The notes under the pieces: model-generated | The model's database searches: none | The model's input: the letters and a program-made list of their open reading frames with translations, nothing else | Told to the model about the DNA's origin: nothing | From: a virus | Virus record (IMG/VR): IMGVR_UViG_3300020122_000089 | Location: 32,001-96,000 of that record | Strand: one strand, 5' to 3' | DNA: 64,000 nt | Position numbers and translations under genes: made by a program | In this document: positions 10,802 through 20,373 of the stretch, one piece after another | Position numbering within the stretch: position 1 is the stretch's first letter | Layout of the letters: every line of letters starts with the position of its first letter

Positions 10802-11704
10802 ATGACCAGAATACATACATTAAACGAGTCGCGTTTTGCACGGGTGGATTCTGAGGATGCGGCCTATTGGTTAGGCTTTATTGCCGCTGATGGATGCGTG
10901 ACCGACCAGGGTGATTTCGCCATACAGCTTGCCAGGCAGGATGAATGCCACCTCCATGATTTACGAGATTGGTTTGGCAGTACACACGCCATCAGTCGTA
11001 AAGAACTACCATACCCTTCTTCATCTTTTACATTTCGATCACGTATAATCGCTGATAATCTTGCCAGGTATGGGGTCACCCCTAGAAAATCCATAACCTT
11101 AAATTGGCCGTCAGAATTAAACCCCACCTTATATCGTCATTATATCCGTGGATATGTCGATGGCGGCGGAGGGTTATATTCCGGTAAGGCTCGATCAAAC
11201 CAATCAACCTTCCATTTTAGCGTCATCGCCACTAAAACATTTGCAGATAAGCTACAGTCGGTGCTGATGTCAGAGTGTCGATTAAAGAAAACTAAGCTAG
11301 GTAAAAGTAAGGCTGGAATGGTTATTGTTGAATACGGAGGATTCTTGCAAGTTAAGAGAATTTTTCATTATCTTTACGATGGCGCTACTGTTTATTTATT
11401 GCGTAAACGATTTCCGATTCAATTAGCATTAAGCATGCACGTAAGACCTTCTAGCCAACCAACCGACGAGCAGTATCAAAGGTGCGCAACATTGCCGCAT
11501 GATGAAATTTGCCAACTATATATCGATGGTGATAGCACTGTTGACCTTTCTCGTAAATATAATGTTTCCATTGGCGCTATAACAAGTATAGTAAGGAAAC
11601 ATGGGCTATTAAGATCAACCAAGGAGGGTACGAGACTATACTGGGTAAGAAAGGGTAGCGAAATTCTTCCGGAGGAAATCAAATCCGAACTGGATGTTCT
11701 ATGA
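10802..11704 (+). CDS. Free-standing double-motif LAGLIDADG homing endonuclease with C-terminal HTH
   Basis: YWLGFIAADG and HYIRGYVDGGG motifs; C-terminal LSRKYNVSIGAI HTH-like segment. Confidence 0.85.
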   Translation: MTRIHTLNESRFARVDSEDAAYWLGFIAADGCVTDQGDFAIQLARQDECHLHDLRDWFGSTHAISRKELPYPSSSFTFRSRIIADNLARYGVTPRKSITLNWPSELNPTLYRHYIRGYVDGGGGLYSGKARSNQSTFHFSVIATKTFADKLQSVLMSECRLKKTKLGKSKAGMVIVEYGGFLQVKRIFHYLYDGATVYLLRKRFPIQLALSMHVRPSSQPTDEQYQRCATLPHDEICQLYIDGDSTVDLSRKYNVSIGAITSIVRKHGLLRSTKEGTRLYWVRKGSEILPEEIKSELDVL

Positions 11705-13391
11705 ACAAACCCTCCGCACCCACAACCTGCTTGCCGCCAGCATCGCTACCGCTCATCCCTATTGCAAAACTATGAATTTCCTGGATATCTAAATGCTTGA
11801 ACTGGCCTGTTTGATTCGCACCTTGAGAAATGTTTGTTCCTTGCGCATTTGACGTTGAGAGATTAAGATCGCTATAGATATCGAGCCGGTGGGCAACGTC
11901 TGCAATCGACTCGGCGCCTATAAAGGTTTTTCCAAACGCGGCAAAATCACCTGCTTGAAATTGAGATACTAAACTCCAACCTGTACCGCCGCCTGTTTCG
12001 GGGGTGTAAAGATTACCTGCCGAGTCAGAGAACAAAGCCCTTCCGTTTACAGTATCAGTTACCGCTGTAACTATCGAGGCAGGCATGTCCATTGGGGTGT
12101 TCCATTGGGCGAGATAACGATTGTAGGAGATACCGATCGAGCCATTAACATAAAATACACTATCCGATGCGGGGTCGTAACATACCACCACGTTGCCAGC
12201 GGCATACCCGTTAGCAGCAAAAAATTGCATAACAGGGGCGGCGAAAGAGGTTGCTTCGTCGTTCGGGTCGCGATAAGAGCTGCCACCTAAACTGTATCTA
12301 TCTCTGACAGGGCCGCGAGTGCCAAGCCAGGCGTATATCTCACCTCCAACGGTGGCGATTTGATTTGCACTTACCACACCTGTGGTTGGCCAAATTGGGT
12401 AGACGTTTAATGGGCTAATAGTGCTCTGTGATGCTGATACAAGATTCACACTTGAAGCGGTACAAACAAGGACCCGACCTTCAACGCCACTTCCTTTTAC
12501 AGCAGTAATCGTTCCACCGCCGGGAATGAATAATACAAAACTTACGGGATAGGCTTCTGGCTTGTTTGGGTACGAGGGGGATAATCCAGCACCACCATAA
12601 CATCCTGCCGCTACTATGACAGAATTGATTGCAAAACAAAAACCACAGGTGGGCGGAACGCTGAAGGTCTGAGGAGCTAAATCGCCAAGCTGCGCGTCTA
12701 TCCATCCAGGGGTTGTGTCGTTTGGTACTTGAATCGTATATGGAAGAGTCGGAATAGTAGTGTCGTAAAGATGAAAGTAAGGACCGATAGAACCAAACCC
12801 GCGCTTTGTAGCGTAAATGCCTATCTTGTTTGCACCAGCAGGAAGGCCGGGAAGGGCTGTGATATTTATTCCATGATTAGTGACTGATATGACATTTGAA
12901 GGTGCGCTGACGCTCGATTCGCCACCTGTTAAGGACCTGATTCCAGTAACGGCAATTGAATAAGCACCATTGTTATGCCCGGCGACGCCACTATCGGCTA
13001 TTGTTGGCGCGCCTGGTGGTAAGAGGCCAGCAGCTACGGCCGAGCTTCCTGTGTAAATCGTTACCGATCCGCCTTGAACAGCGCCAAGCGTTACGCCGCC
13101 AACCCTTGCAAATCCAGAGCCAGCGAAGAAATAAATTCCATTGCCAAAAGCCTGTACTATACTTCCGCCACCGCTTAACCCTCCATAAGTAGAGGCGACA
13201 TTTAATAGCGGATTCACGCCACCTGAACTAGCAACGGACCCACCAAAGCCTTTCGAGGTAATTAGTAACCCTTTACCACGTACCCATAGATTTTTACCGG
13301 CCAATAGGGTATGTGGTACGCCAAAGATTGGCGCAGTAGAGGGCCAATAGCCGTTTTCAAAGAAAAATCTCGCGGGTATTCTATCGCTCAT
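11679..13391 (-). CDS. Putative tail nozzle / DNA-stabilisation protein
   Basis: 570 aa beta-rich protein downstream of the adaptor-like genes; function from position and composition. Confidence 0.5.
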   Translation of the reverse strand: MSDRIPARFFFENGYWPSTAPIFGVPHTLLAGKNLWVRGKGLLITSKGFGGSVASSGGVNPLLNVASTYGGLSGGGSIVQAFGNGIYFFAGSGFARVGGVTLGAVQGGSVTIYTGSSAVAAGLLPPGAPTIADSGVAGHNNGAYSIAVTGIRSLTGGESSVSAPSNVISVTNHGINITALPGLPAGANKIGIYATKRGFGSIGPYFHLYDTTIPTLPYTIQVPNDTTPGWIDAQLGDLAPQTFSVPPTCGFCFAINSVIVAAGCYGGAGLSPSYPNKPEAYPVSFVLFIPGGGTITAVKGSGVEGRVLVCTASSVNLVSASQSTISPLNVYPIWPTTGVVSANQIATVGGEIYAWLGTRGPVRDRYSLGGSSYRDPNDEATSFAAPVMQFFAANGYAAGNVVVCYDPASDSVFYVNGSIGISYNRYLAQWNTPMDMPASIVTAVTDTVNGRALFSDSAGNLYTPETGGGTGWSLVSQFQAGDFAAFGKTFIGAESIADVAHRLDIYSDLNLSTSNAQGTNISQGANQTGQFKHLDIQEIHSFAIGMSGSDAGGKQVVGAEGLFIEHPVRI

Positions 13392-13488
13392 TTTCTTCCG
13401 GAAGAATTATTTTCTTGACATCTGATCGGAATTAACATATAGTTAATAACGTAGACGATAGGAATCGTCAAAAGGGAGGGAAAGATCG

Positions 13489-13701
13489 ATGTCGTTCAAC
13501 ATTAAAGAAGAAATTGAAAAATTGCCGCTGTCGAAACAGCATGAATTACGTCACATCCTAGCGACCAATAGCTGGCCTGGATGGGACCTACTAAGACTTC
13601 TCGGAGAGGAATCAACATTGATGACCGTCGGTGAAGAATGGGTAGATGACGCTATGGGGTATTTTAATATTCCGCCTCATGGTACATCGTTTACGGGATA
13701 A
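13489..13701 (+). CDS. Small hypothetical protein with own promoter
   Basis: TTGACA(13415)-17-TATAGT promoter and GGGAGG RBS upstream. Confidence 0.6.
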   Translation: MSFNIKEEIEKLPLSKQHELRHILATNSWPGWDLLRLLGEESTLMTVGEEWVDDAMGYFNIPPHGTSFTG

Positions 13702-14274
13702 TCAAAATAGCTTAGGTCTGTCCATTGGGCGGCCGTTAACCTTTGCGGCCGTCCTTGCGTATTCAATCGCCATAGTGCTGGTTTGTACACCAGAATAAGC
13801 GGCATGGAGTTCGTCTATGTCACCTTCGATTGATTGAACATGGCCGCAAAGATGGCATCTGTTAGCCCAAACCATCCCCCCATGGCTACTAGAGTAGTGG
13901 CGGAATATCCTTTGATAATGCGGATGCTGCTTTAGATCGGGCTCTCTTTCGCCTGCTTCGATTGCCTTTCCATGTTGAACGTAGTCCGTGGTATCAACCA
14001 TGTGAACGCAATCACACCGCTCGCGATCGTCTATTTCTTCGCCGTCTTTTAATGATTGAATGAACTTTAGATTCTCAGGGTCAACTTCTATTACAAGGGC
14101 CTCATTCCAACGCCCCATCCTCATGAGTGCTTCTACAAGCTGGGCGCGGCTGCCTACCTCTTGGCGTTGCGAGACGATGAGAATCTTATCGTCGATAGTG
14201 AGAGACTCCATCTCCGCTAAACTGCGCGGTTCTTCTATCGGCATATATGGTATTTTTTCGCTTGCTTTTGGCAT
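13702..14274 (-). CDS. Hypothetical protein, Cys/His metal-binding motifs
   Basis: 190 aa; CDC and CHLCGH motifs. Confidence 0.6.
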   Translation of the reverse strand: MPKASEKIPYMPIEEPRSLAEMESLTIDDKILIVSQRQEVGSRAQLVEALMRMGRWNEALVIEVDPENLKFIQSLKDGEEIDDRERCDCVHMVDTTDYVQHGKAIEAGEREPDLKQHPHYQRIFRHYSSSHGGMVWANRCHLCGHVQSIEGDIDELHAAYSGVQTSTMAIEYARTAAKVNGRPMDRPKLF

Positions 14275-14300
14275 TTGGTTGTGCTATACTAGCTCGCGTT

Positions 14301-15239
14301 ATGGATAGAAAACTTATTATCGAGGCGATGGACGGTAAATTAGCCGCAATAGCTAAGTGCGAATCCGATCTTCGTGTAAGAGCTGAATTGCGCCAACCGG
14401 AATATCGCCAAGAGGTTCAACGTGAACAAATGATGCTTGAGGCTGGCGAAATATATCGCTGGACGCAAGAAACGATTGGCATAGCAAAGGCTTCGACAGT
14501 AACATTTCCATTAGACGCCAAATTCGACAGGTCTTGGCTTTATACCCCTGCCGGATGGTGGTGGCTTGGTAGGGATGCAAATCTCATCGTGCATTCACCC
14601 GACCCTGCACATAACGGCATGCGCCAGCGTGTTTGCGCTATTTCGTATGGGCTATTTGACGGCGGCGCTGCGGCATTTTTATCTGACCGATCCGCCATTA
14701 AAGATTCGCTCAATAGTAAGCCGCTCGTTCTACTCGGTGCATTTACCTATGACCACCTTGAGAAGCAGATCGGGCCAGTTCCTAGCTGGTACGGATTTTG
14801 GCCAGAAGGCGAAACACTAGAACAGACATTGAAGCGCGAGACTAGCACCCCTGATAAATATCGAATATGGAGTAAAAACGGCATTCAGATTCTACCATTT
14901 TTCGCCGCCGCGAGCCTTTGGCTTCAGCAAAAGATTGTCTCTTTGCAATCTGTCAAGTACGACGGTAAGGGCAATCCGCCACGGCGATTCAGACGTAAGG
15001 ATGCGAAATGGAGCGTTCAAATTATTAGATTGCGCCGGCGTGAAAATATCTCGCAGTCTACTAATTCTCATGGCGATATTGAATGGACGTGTCATTGGGT
15101 CGTTAAAGGCCATTGGCGAAATCAATTTTATCCATCCACAAACACTCATCATCCGATATGGATCGACCCTTACTTAAAAGGCGACGAGACAAAGCCATTA
15201 AAACTTCATCCTGATCGTGTTTACGTAGTACAAAGGTGA
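14301..15239 (+). CDS. Phage hypothetical protein with C-terminal WxVxGHWRNQ..WIxPY.KG motif
   Basis: Likely start ATG 14301, 10 nt after TTGCTT-17-TATACT (14262-14290); motif recalled from phage proteins of unknown function. Confidence 0.65.
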   Translation: MDRKLIIEAMDGKLAAIAKCESDLRVRAELRQPEYRQEVQREQMMLEAGEIYRWTQETIGIAKASTVTFPLDAKFDRSWLYTPAGWWWLGRDANLIVHSPDPAHNGMRQRVCAISYGLFDGGAAAFLSDRSAIKDSLNSKPLVLLGAFTYDHLEKQIGPVPSWYGFWPEGETLEQTLKRETSTPDKYRIWSKNGIQILPFFAAASLWLQQKIVSLQSVKYDGKGNPPRRFRRKDAKWSVQIIRLRRRENISQSTNSHGDIEWTCHWVVKGHWRNQFYPSTNTHHPIWIDPYLKGDETKPLKLHPDRVYVVQR

Positions 15240-15246
15240 AACCGCC

Positions 15247-15612
15247 ATGCCAATAGATTATGCCGCTATCGCAAAACGTCTTGATGAAAGAAAGAAGATT
15301 TACAATAAGCCGCATCCGTGGGAGGAAGGGTTTTCGATTGAATTGTATGCAATTGATTGGATGGAATACCGCATTCTAAAACTCAATAGAGAATCGGATG
15401 AATATGCTACGTGGTATGAATCCTATCGTGCCAATAATACAATGGGTAGATTCTTCCGAACGCATTGCGGCGTCTCTGCTATTGAATTACTCACAAAACT
15501 TCTTCATGGACAAATCACGCTACCGCACTCCGAACGCACGTTATGTCCTCGATGTAATCTAATCCGTGAACAAAGAAAGATGGCAAAGAATCTAAAGTGG
15601 AGTAAATCATGA
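15247..15612 (+). CDS. Hypothetical protein
   Basis: 121 aa, follows the previous gene closely; CPRC motif. Confidence 0.55.
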   Translation: MPIDYAAIAKRLDERKKIYNKPHPWEEGFSIELYAIDWMEYRILKLNRESDEYATWYESYRANNTMGRFFRTHCGVSAIELLTKLLHGQITLPHSERTLCPRCNLIREQRKMAKNLKWSKS

Positions 15613-15621
15613 TGCCGCTTG

Positions 15622-16236
15622 CTATTGCGATGGTGCGCCAGGTAATTGGGGCGCTGCATCTGCTGTTTCCGCTTGTCTAATTACTTCATTCAATGCGCCG
15701 CTTTCAAGTATAATCGCTGCGCCGATGTCCGCGATATTGTCAAATAATTCCCCGTCAAATACTGCGTCTGTCAAATCCGCCGGAACTTTTTGCCCTACCA
15801 ATTGAATTGAGGTTCCGGCAGGGATACTGCCTAGGTTATCACGGACAAAAAGATTTTGCTCAAAAAAGGTATAGTAGAGGTAGTCATTGTCGGGTATGGG
15901 CGGTGGGTTCATTAGGTCATGATACGTAGGTCTGAATTTAAGTCCAAATCGCACTCCGGTCATGGTAATACGGATGTGTTTTCTAGCCTTACGTGAGAGT
16001 AGTAAGGTAGGTGCTAGATTATGAACAGGCACCTGCCCTGCGTTTAAGGTTAAATCCCATTCGTTTTGAAGAAGTGGAAAGAGATAGTCATCCGCCGCAA
16101 CACGGTCGGCTAGTCTTTGTAGGGCGGTTGGGATAGTGGACTGTATAGAAACGCGCCACAGTTTGCCTTGAGGTTGTGGAAGGCCTTTCGCCAGCCTTAG
16201 CCACACTGTATCTACATATTGCTGTACGGTTGCCAT
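15622..16236 (-). CDS. Putative head-tail adaptor/connector protein
   Basis: 204 aa; helical N-terminus (MATVQQYVDTVWLRL), beta middle, helical end; in the structural operon. Confidence 0.45.
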   Translation of the reverse strand: MATVQQYVDTVWLRLAKGLPQPQGKLWRVSIQSTIPTALQRLADRVAADDYLFPLLQNEWDLTLNAGQVPVHNLAPTLLLSRKARKHIRITMTGVRFGLKFRPTYHDLMNPPPIPDNDYLYYTFFEQNLFVRDNLGSIPAGTSIQLVGQKVPADLTDAVFDGELFDNIADIGAAIILESGALNEVIRQAETADAAPQLPGAPSQ

Positions 16237-16254
16237 TTGTTTCTTCCGGGAGAA

Positions 16255-16965
16255 TTAAGCCGCCTGACCTGCCATTTTTGCGGCAATGTTCTCCCTTACC
16301 TGAGAAGGAATCGACCCTTCGCCACTTGCAATTGCGCTTAATCCTTGTTGGAACATTTGACCCCAACCACCCATTGGGCCTACATTTTCCCCTTCCACCG
16401 GAACGGCAAGTGACATAGCGCCACAAGTGACCACCCATCTGTATTCATCTGCCGCTTGACAGGCTGAGGCTTGTGTGAATGTTGGGGCGGTTACATTAAC
16501 ACTCACCGATCCGCCGCCGCTACGAGCGGCTATCAAGGCACCGTTGTGGAAGATGACCTTGCCGTCTGTCGCATAGTGGCAATCGAAGTCTAGCCCTAAT
16601 GGATTAGCCGAGACATGGGTTAATTCGTATTGTATCTCGGCAGGGTCCCATTCGATGCCTGGACGGTTGCCTGGCGCCGTCCCTCCTGTTACCACAAATA
16701 CGACACTCGCCATTGGGCCGGCCATTGCCAATAGGGTGCCGCCATGCGCAAGACCGGATTGGGTGGAGTAGTAGAGGGCCGATCTGCCATTATCCTTATT
16801 TCTAAAGGTGGCCGCGCAGACTATAGCGTCCGCGGTTAGGATTAGGTCGGTAACCTGATTGGTATTCCAACGGGGGTCCACCACCACACCCGAATATTGG
16901 CCAGGGGTGCCGGCATTTAAGAGCGTGATGCAATCCGCGAGGACCGTTGCCAGGCTTACAGCCAT
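16255..16965 (-). CDS. Putative head-tail adaptor/connector protein
   Basis: 236 aa with the same helix-beta-helix layout as its neighbours. Confidence 0.45.
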   Translation of the reverse strand: MAVSLATVLADCITLLNAGTPGQYSGVVVDPRWNTNQVTDLILTADAIVCAATFRNKDNGRSALYYSTQSGLAHGGTLLAMAGPMASVVFVVTGGTAPGNRPGIEWDPAEIQYELTHVSANPLGLDFDCHYATDGKVIFHNGALIAARSGGGSVSVNVTAPTFTQASACQAADEYRWVVTCGAMSLAVPVEGENVGPMGGWGQMFQQGLSAIASGEGSIPSQVRENIAAKMAGQAA

Positions 16966-17008
16966 TTGCTACTTGACTCCGTTTGGAAATAGTAGTATAA
17001 TATAGCCC

Positions 17009-17890
17009 ATGCGTAGATTTAACCGAATCAAAAAAGAGTGCCTACATGATAAAGAGCCGGACGGCGCGGTGCATATTCCACTTGGACATGGGCAATGTGC
17101 TATAGTTGACATGGAAGATTATCCGACATTGATAGCATACAACTGGATGGGTGGGCGATATGCGTATACAGTCATCGGCGGACGTAAAAACCCCCAAAAA
17201 ATTTACATGCATCAACTAATACTATCAACACCAAATGGGCGTCAGGTGGATCATAGAGACAGGAATCGGATGAATAATAGACGTATAAATCTAAGGCCAG
17301 CCACCGCATCCGAACAGGGACATAACAAGTCGGTTAGTAGTTCTAGTACAACGGGCTATAAAGGCGTGTCGCGCTCTGGCAATAATTTTTGTGCATATAT
17401 TAAGACAAACGGGCATCGAATCATTCTTGGCACATTTATTACCGCAGAGGGTGCTGCGTATATCTATGACGATGCGGCTAGGATTCATTTTGGAGAATTT
17501 GCAGCCTGTAACCTTCCTCCCGATCCTCAGAAGGTAATTCAGGCAAAGCTCAGACAATGCAAAAGAAGGGGCCACCCTCTCCATATCGGCGTATATCGTA
17601 GGGGCGATAAATGGGCGGCGCAGTTCAAAAAGGATGGCGCATGGATTCATTTAGGTCTATTCGCGACAGAGCAAGAGGCGTACCAAGTAACGGTGTTGGC
17701 TACTAACGGAGATTTCACCAAAAAGAAACCAGGTGAAGCGCAAAGAAAATTCACAGCCGAACAGATACTGGATATCAGGAAAATGCGTCGCGACAAGGTG
17801 CCTTATTCTACCATCGCCACGTATTTCTCTACTTGTATTGCTACGATTCAAAGTATAGTTTCGTATAGGTCCTATAAGGATATCCCCTAA
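17009..17890 (+). CDS. Free-standing HNH-AP2 homing endonuclease
   Basis: YMHQLI..VDHRDRNRMNNRRINLR (HNH), GYKGVS..LGTF..AAYIYDDAA..FGEFA (AP2), second AP2-like repeat; leaderless promoter TTGACT-17-TATAAT (16973-17001). Confidence 0.9.
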   Translation: MRRFNRIKKECLHDKEPDGAVHIPLGHGQCAIVDMEDYPTLIAYNWMGGRYAYTVIGGRKNPQKIYMHQLILSTPNGRQVDHRDRNRMNNRRINLRPATASEQGHNKSVSSSSTTGYKGVSRSGNNFCAYIKTNGHRIILGTFITAEGAAYIYDDAARIHFGEFAACNLPPDPQKVIQAKLRQCKRRGHPLHIGVYRRGDKWAAQFKKDGAWIHLGLFATEQEAYQVTVLATNGDFTKKKPGEAQRKFTAEQILDIRKMRRDKVPYSTIATYFSTCIATIQSIVSYRSYKDIP

Positions 17891-18031
17891 CCAGCTAATT
17901 TCCACCCCTCACAATTTTCATTGCAATCATCAGCCAGCCACAACCTACCGCATTGGCATTTGAATACGTGAACTGATTCGGGCGGTAGAATTCTCTTGCA
18001 AATGCACATCGTTGTATGTTATAATGCGGCA

Positions 18032-18568
18032 ATGCTTTGGTGTTTATCTAACCGTTGTGATATACTTGCCTTACCGTTAGCTGATCGCCATTACAATCGC
18101 CAAAAGATAGGATCGCCACAATTCGTTCCGCCGGGCAGATGTATTGTCCTGCTAACCCCTCAAGCGGACGCTCTCTGGGTATCATCTTGGCCGTTAAAGG
18201 AATTCACAAAACATGCATGGTCTGGCGCATGGATCAATACATTATTCCGTAATGAATCTGATATTTTATCAAGCATACTAATTCAAGGGGCGGTAGCCAT
18301 CACCCGTGGTATTTGGGGCGACCCACCCCGATTAGGTATGGTGACGTTCATTGATAAAACCAAGGTAAAGAAGAAACGCGATTGGGGTAGATGCTACCGT
18401 CGAGCTGGATTTATTCCAGCGCAATGCCCGATTCATTATCCAGGGGTGACACGCGACTGCGCCTCTTGTCGTCATGAAACGTCTATCAACCATCTTTTTG
18501 CAGTACAGATGTTGCCGACGGCGATGCCCGAACCTAAGTATTTCCCGTCGTTATTTGACTATCTTTAA
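18032..18568 (+). CDS. Putative Mom-like GNAT-fold DNA modification protein
   Basis: LADRHYNRQ..PPGR..FRNES..SS.LI..VTFID..GRCYRRAGF resembles the Mom/XF1762-type pattern; promoter TTGCAA-18-TATAAT, ATG 6 nt later. Confidence 0.45.
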   Translation: MLWCLSNRCDILALPLADRHYNRQKIGSPQFVPPGRCIVLLTPQADALWVSSWPLKEFTKHAWSGAWINTLFRNESDILSSILIQGAVAITRGIWGDPPRLGMVTFIDKTKVKKKRDWGRCYRRAGFIPAQCPIHYPGVTRDCASCRHETSINHLFAVQMLPTAMPEPKYFPSLFDYL

Positions 18569-19169
18569 CCTTTGCAACATTCGCTGGGACAAAGTAATCC
18601 GTGTGGCAATCTTTGCATTGATGAACGAATCCGCCTGTTTCGCCAAGGATTTGTTTGTGTGCGGCATCTTCTTGCATGCCGTATTTTTTCATTGTTGAAT
18701 CTAGGCGTTCTTTGTACTTCGGGTTGTCGATTGGAGGGTGCCACGGCCCGGCGTCAGCACCACACGAAGGGCATTTTCCAGGCCCGTCGGCGGCATGCAC
18801 CATATCGCCTTCGTATACTTCGCGGCCGTCTACGATTAAGAATCCGTCACCGCAAGGGATTTTCTCGATGTTTTCATCCTTTGACATATCTTCGGTGGGC
18901 TCTTCGCTTGCCGCCATAGCTTTTGGTTCTTCCGGAAGATTGACAAAAACGGTTAGGATATCTTTGCCGTCAAATTGAAGTGTGTATGATTCTTGCGGAT
19001 CGACAAGAATAGAGCCAGCAGCGCCAACCTCACCAACCCCAGTAATCTCTATCTTATTGACAGGGGCGGATAAATACCAAGTGAGGCGCACTTTATCGCC
19101 CTCTACCTTAGCGGTAAAGCAGCTGATGATACTAGGCGGTGGTGGTTGCTCTATGTTGTCATCTGGCAT
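18534..19169 (-). CDS. Hypothetical protein with Zn ribbon
   Basis: 211 aa; CPSCG and CKDC. Confidence 0.6.
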   Translation of the reverse strand: MPDDNIEQPPPPSIISCFTAKVEGDKVRLTWYLSAPVNKIEITGVGEVGAAGSILVDPQESYTLQFDGKDILTVFVNLPEEPKAMAASEEPTEDMSKDENIEKIPCGDGFLIVDGREVYEGDMVHAADGPGKCPSCGADAGPWHPPIDNPKYKERLDSTMKKYGMQEDAAHKQILGETGGFVHQCKDCHTDYFVPANVAKVKDSQITTGNT

Positions 19170-19939
19170 TAGTAGCCCCCGGGCCAGCCCCTTCCAATTC
19201 TACCTGCACGGCTTTCGCCAAATATCTTGCGCCGTTGAGGCGTCTCACGCCTGAAGCCGCTCCAGCGAGCTTCTTCAAAGAGCGGGGCCCATTGCTGCAC
19301 CTTCTTTTCTTGCGCCTGCGCTAGTAGTTTTTGCCGCTCGTTCAGCCCTTTATCTGGGTCTGCTAGAAATGCAAAAAGGTTTAATGCGCAGTCAGCTATT
19401 AGAAAGAAGTGCTGCTCCTCGATTGGGAATAATGATGTATCATCGAAGATAGGCGGTACGCTCGCCGATCCGGTAGAATATGTTACCATATATACACAGG
19501 ACTGGCTATGCGCGGGCGTCCATAGCATTTTCCATTGCCCATCTTCGTTGATTGGCGCAAAACAGGCTGCTACGTGAGGATGCGCCCATCCACCACCTAT
19601 AGGTAAATTGTCAGGCCCGCTCCAGTAAGAGGTCATTTGATCGACCCTAACGGCGTCTATCATTCTTGGAATGTGATATGGATTGTTAGGGTCGTATGTC
19701 TTTATCATTACCACTTCGGCGAAATCGCCTAGGGTGATATTTGTTTCAGCGGGCAGTCCTGCATTGACAGGCATTGGCCATCGTTTTACCGACCAGCTTT
19801 CATGTGTTAAACGTAGCTTCGTTCGGTAGAAGGCGGTAACACCCCAGGCCTCCATTAAGATTTGGTCGTCGCCTAACTCTTGCTCGGACGGGTAGCCTAA
19901 GGCTCGTCTGACTTCGCCAATGAAAACGGCCATTAGCAT
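19169..19939 (-). CDS. Putative head-tail adaptor protein
   Basis: 256 aa; IGEVRRALG N-terminus, P..H..LIAD.A motif near the C-terminus as in adaptor families. Confidence 0.5.
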   Translation of the reverse strand: MLMAVFIGEVRRALGYPSEQELGDDQILMEAWGVTAFYRTKLRLTHESWSVKRWPMPVNAGLPAETNITLGDFAEVVMIKTYDPNNPYHIPRMIDAVRVDQMTSYWSGPDNLPIGGGWAHPHVAACFAPINEDGQWKMLWTPAHSQSCVYMVTYSTGSASVPPIFDDTSLFPIEEQHFFLIADCALNLFAFLADPDKGLNERQKLLAQAQEKKVQQWAPLFEEARWSGFRRETPQRRKIFGESRAGRIGRGWPGGY

Positions 19940-19980
19940 TTTGCTTGACCCCTTAGAACAAATGTGCTATACTACGAAAC

Positions 19981-20373
19981 ATGGAATCTTCCGGAAGAAA
20001 GAATTTCATTGTTCAACATCCAAATGGCGACCTCACCCTCTGCGGGCCTGGTAGATCGAAAACCTTCAACATACCATCTAAAATCACTCAACAGTGAATA
20101 CAGTTCCCATGCCTCAGAAGAAGCATGCGGCACATCCTAGAACATGCTGAACCGTGCGAAGATGTACGGTATCAAGTAAAGATGGCGCTTTTGGTTGATG
20201 CCGCTCTTTTAGGGTGCGGCCAGCAAAACGATCCAGGTTGGCCGTACCTGCCTACTGAACCCATAGCATGCCTGCCAGTTTCAGATTTGTGGTTGAATGA
20301 AATCCTGGCATTGCCGCATATTGCTGAACGGATACAGAAATCTCATGACCCACTTACAGTGCCAGCCGATTAA
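19981..20373 (+). pseudogene. Hypothetical gene with internal in-frame TGA (20095-20097)
   Basis: Promoter TTGACC-17-TATACT (19945-19973), ATG 19981 in frame with ORF 20125-20373. Confidence 0.45.
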
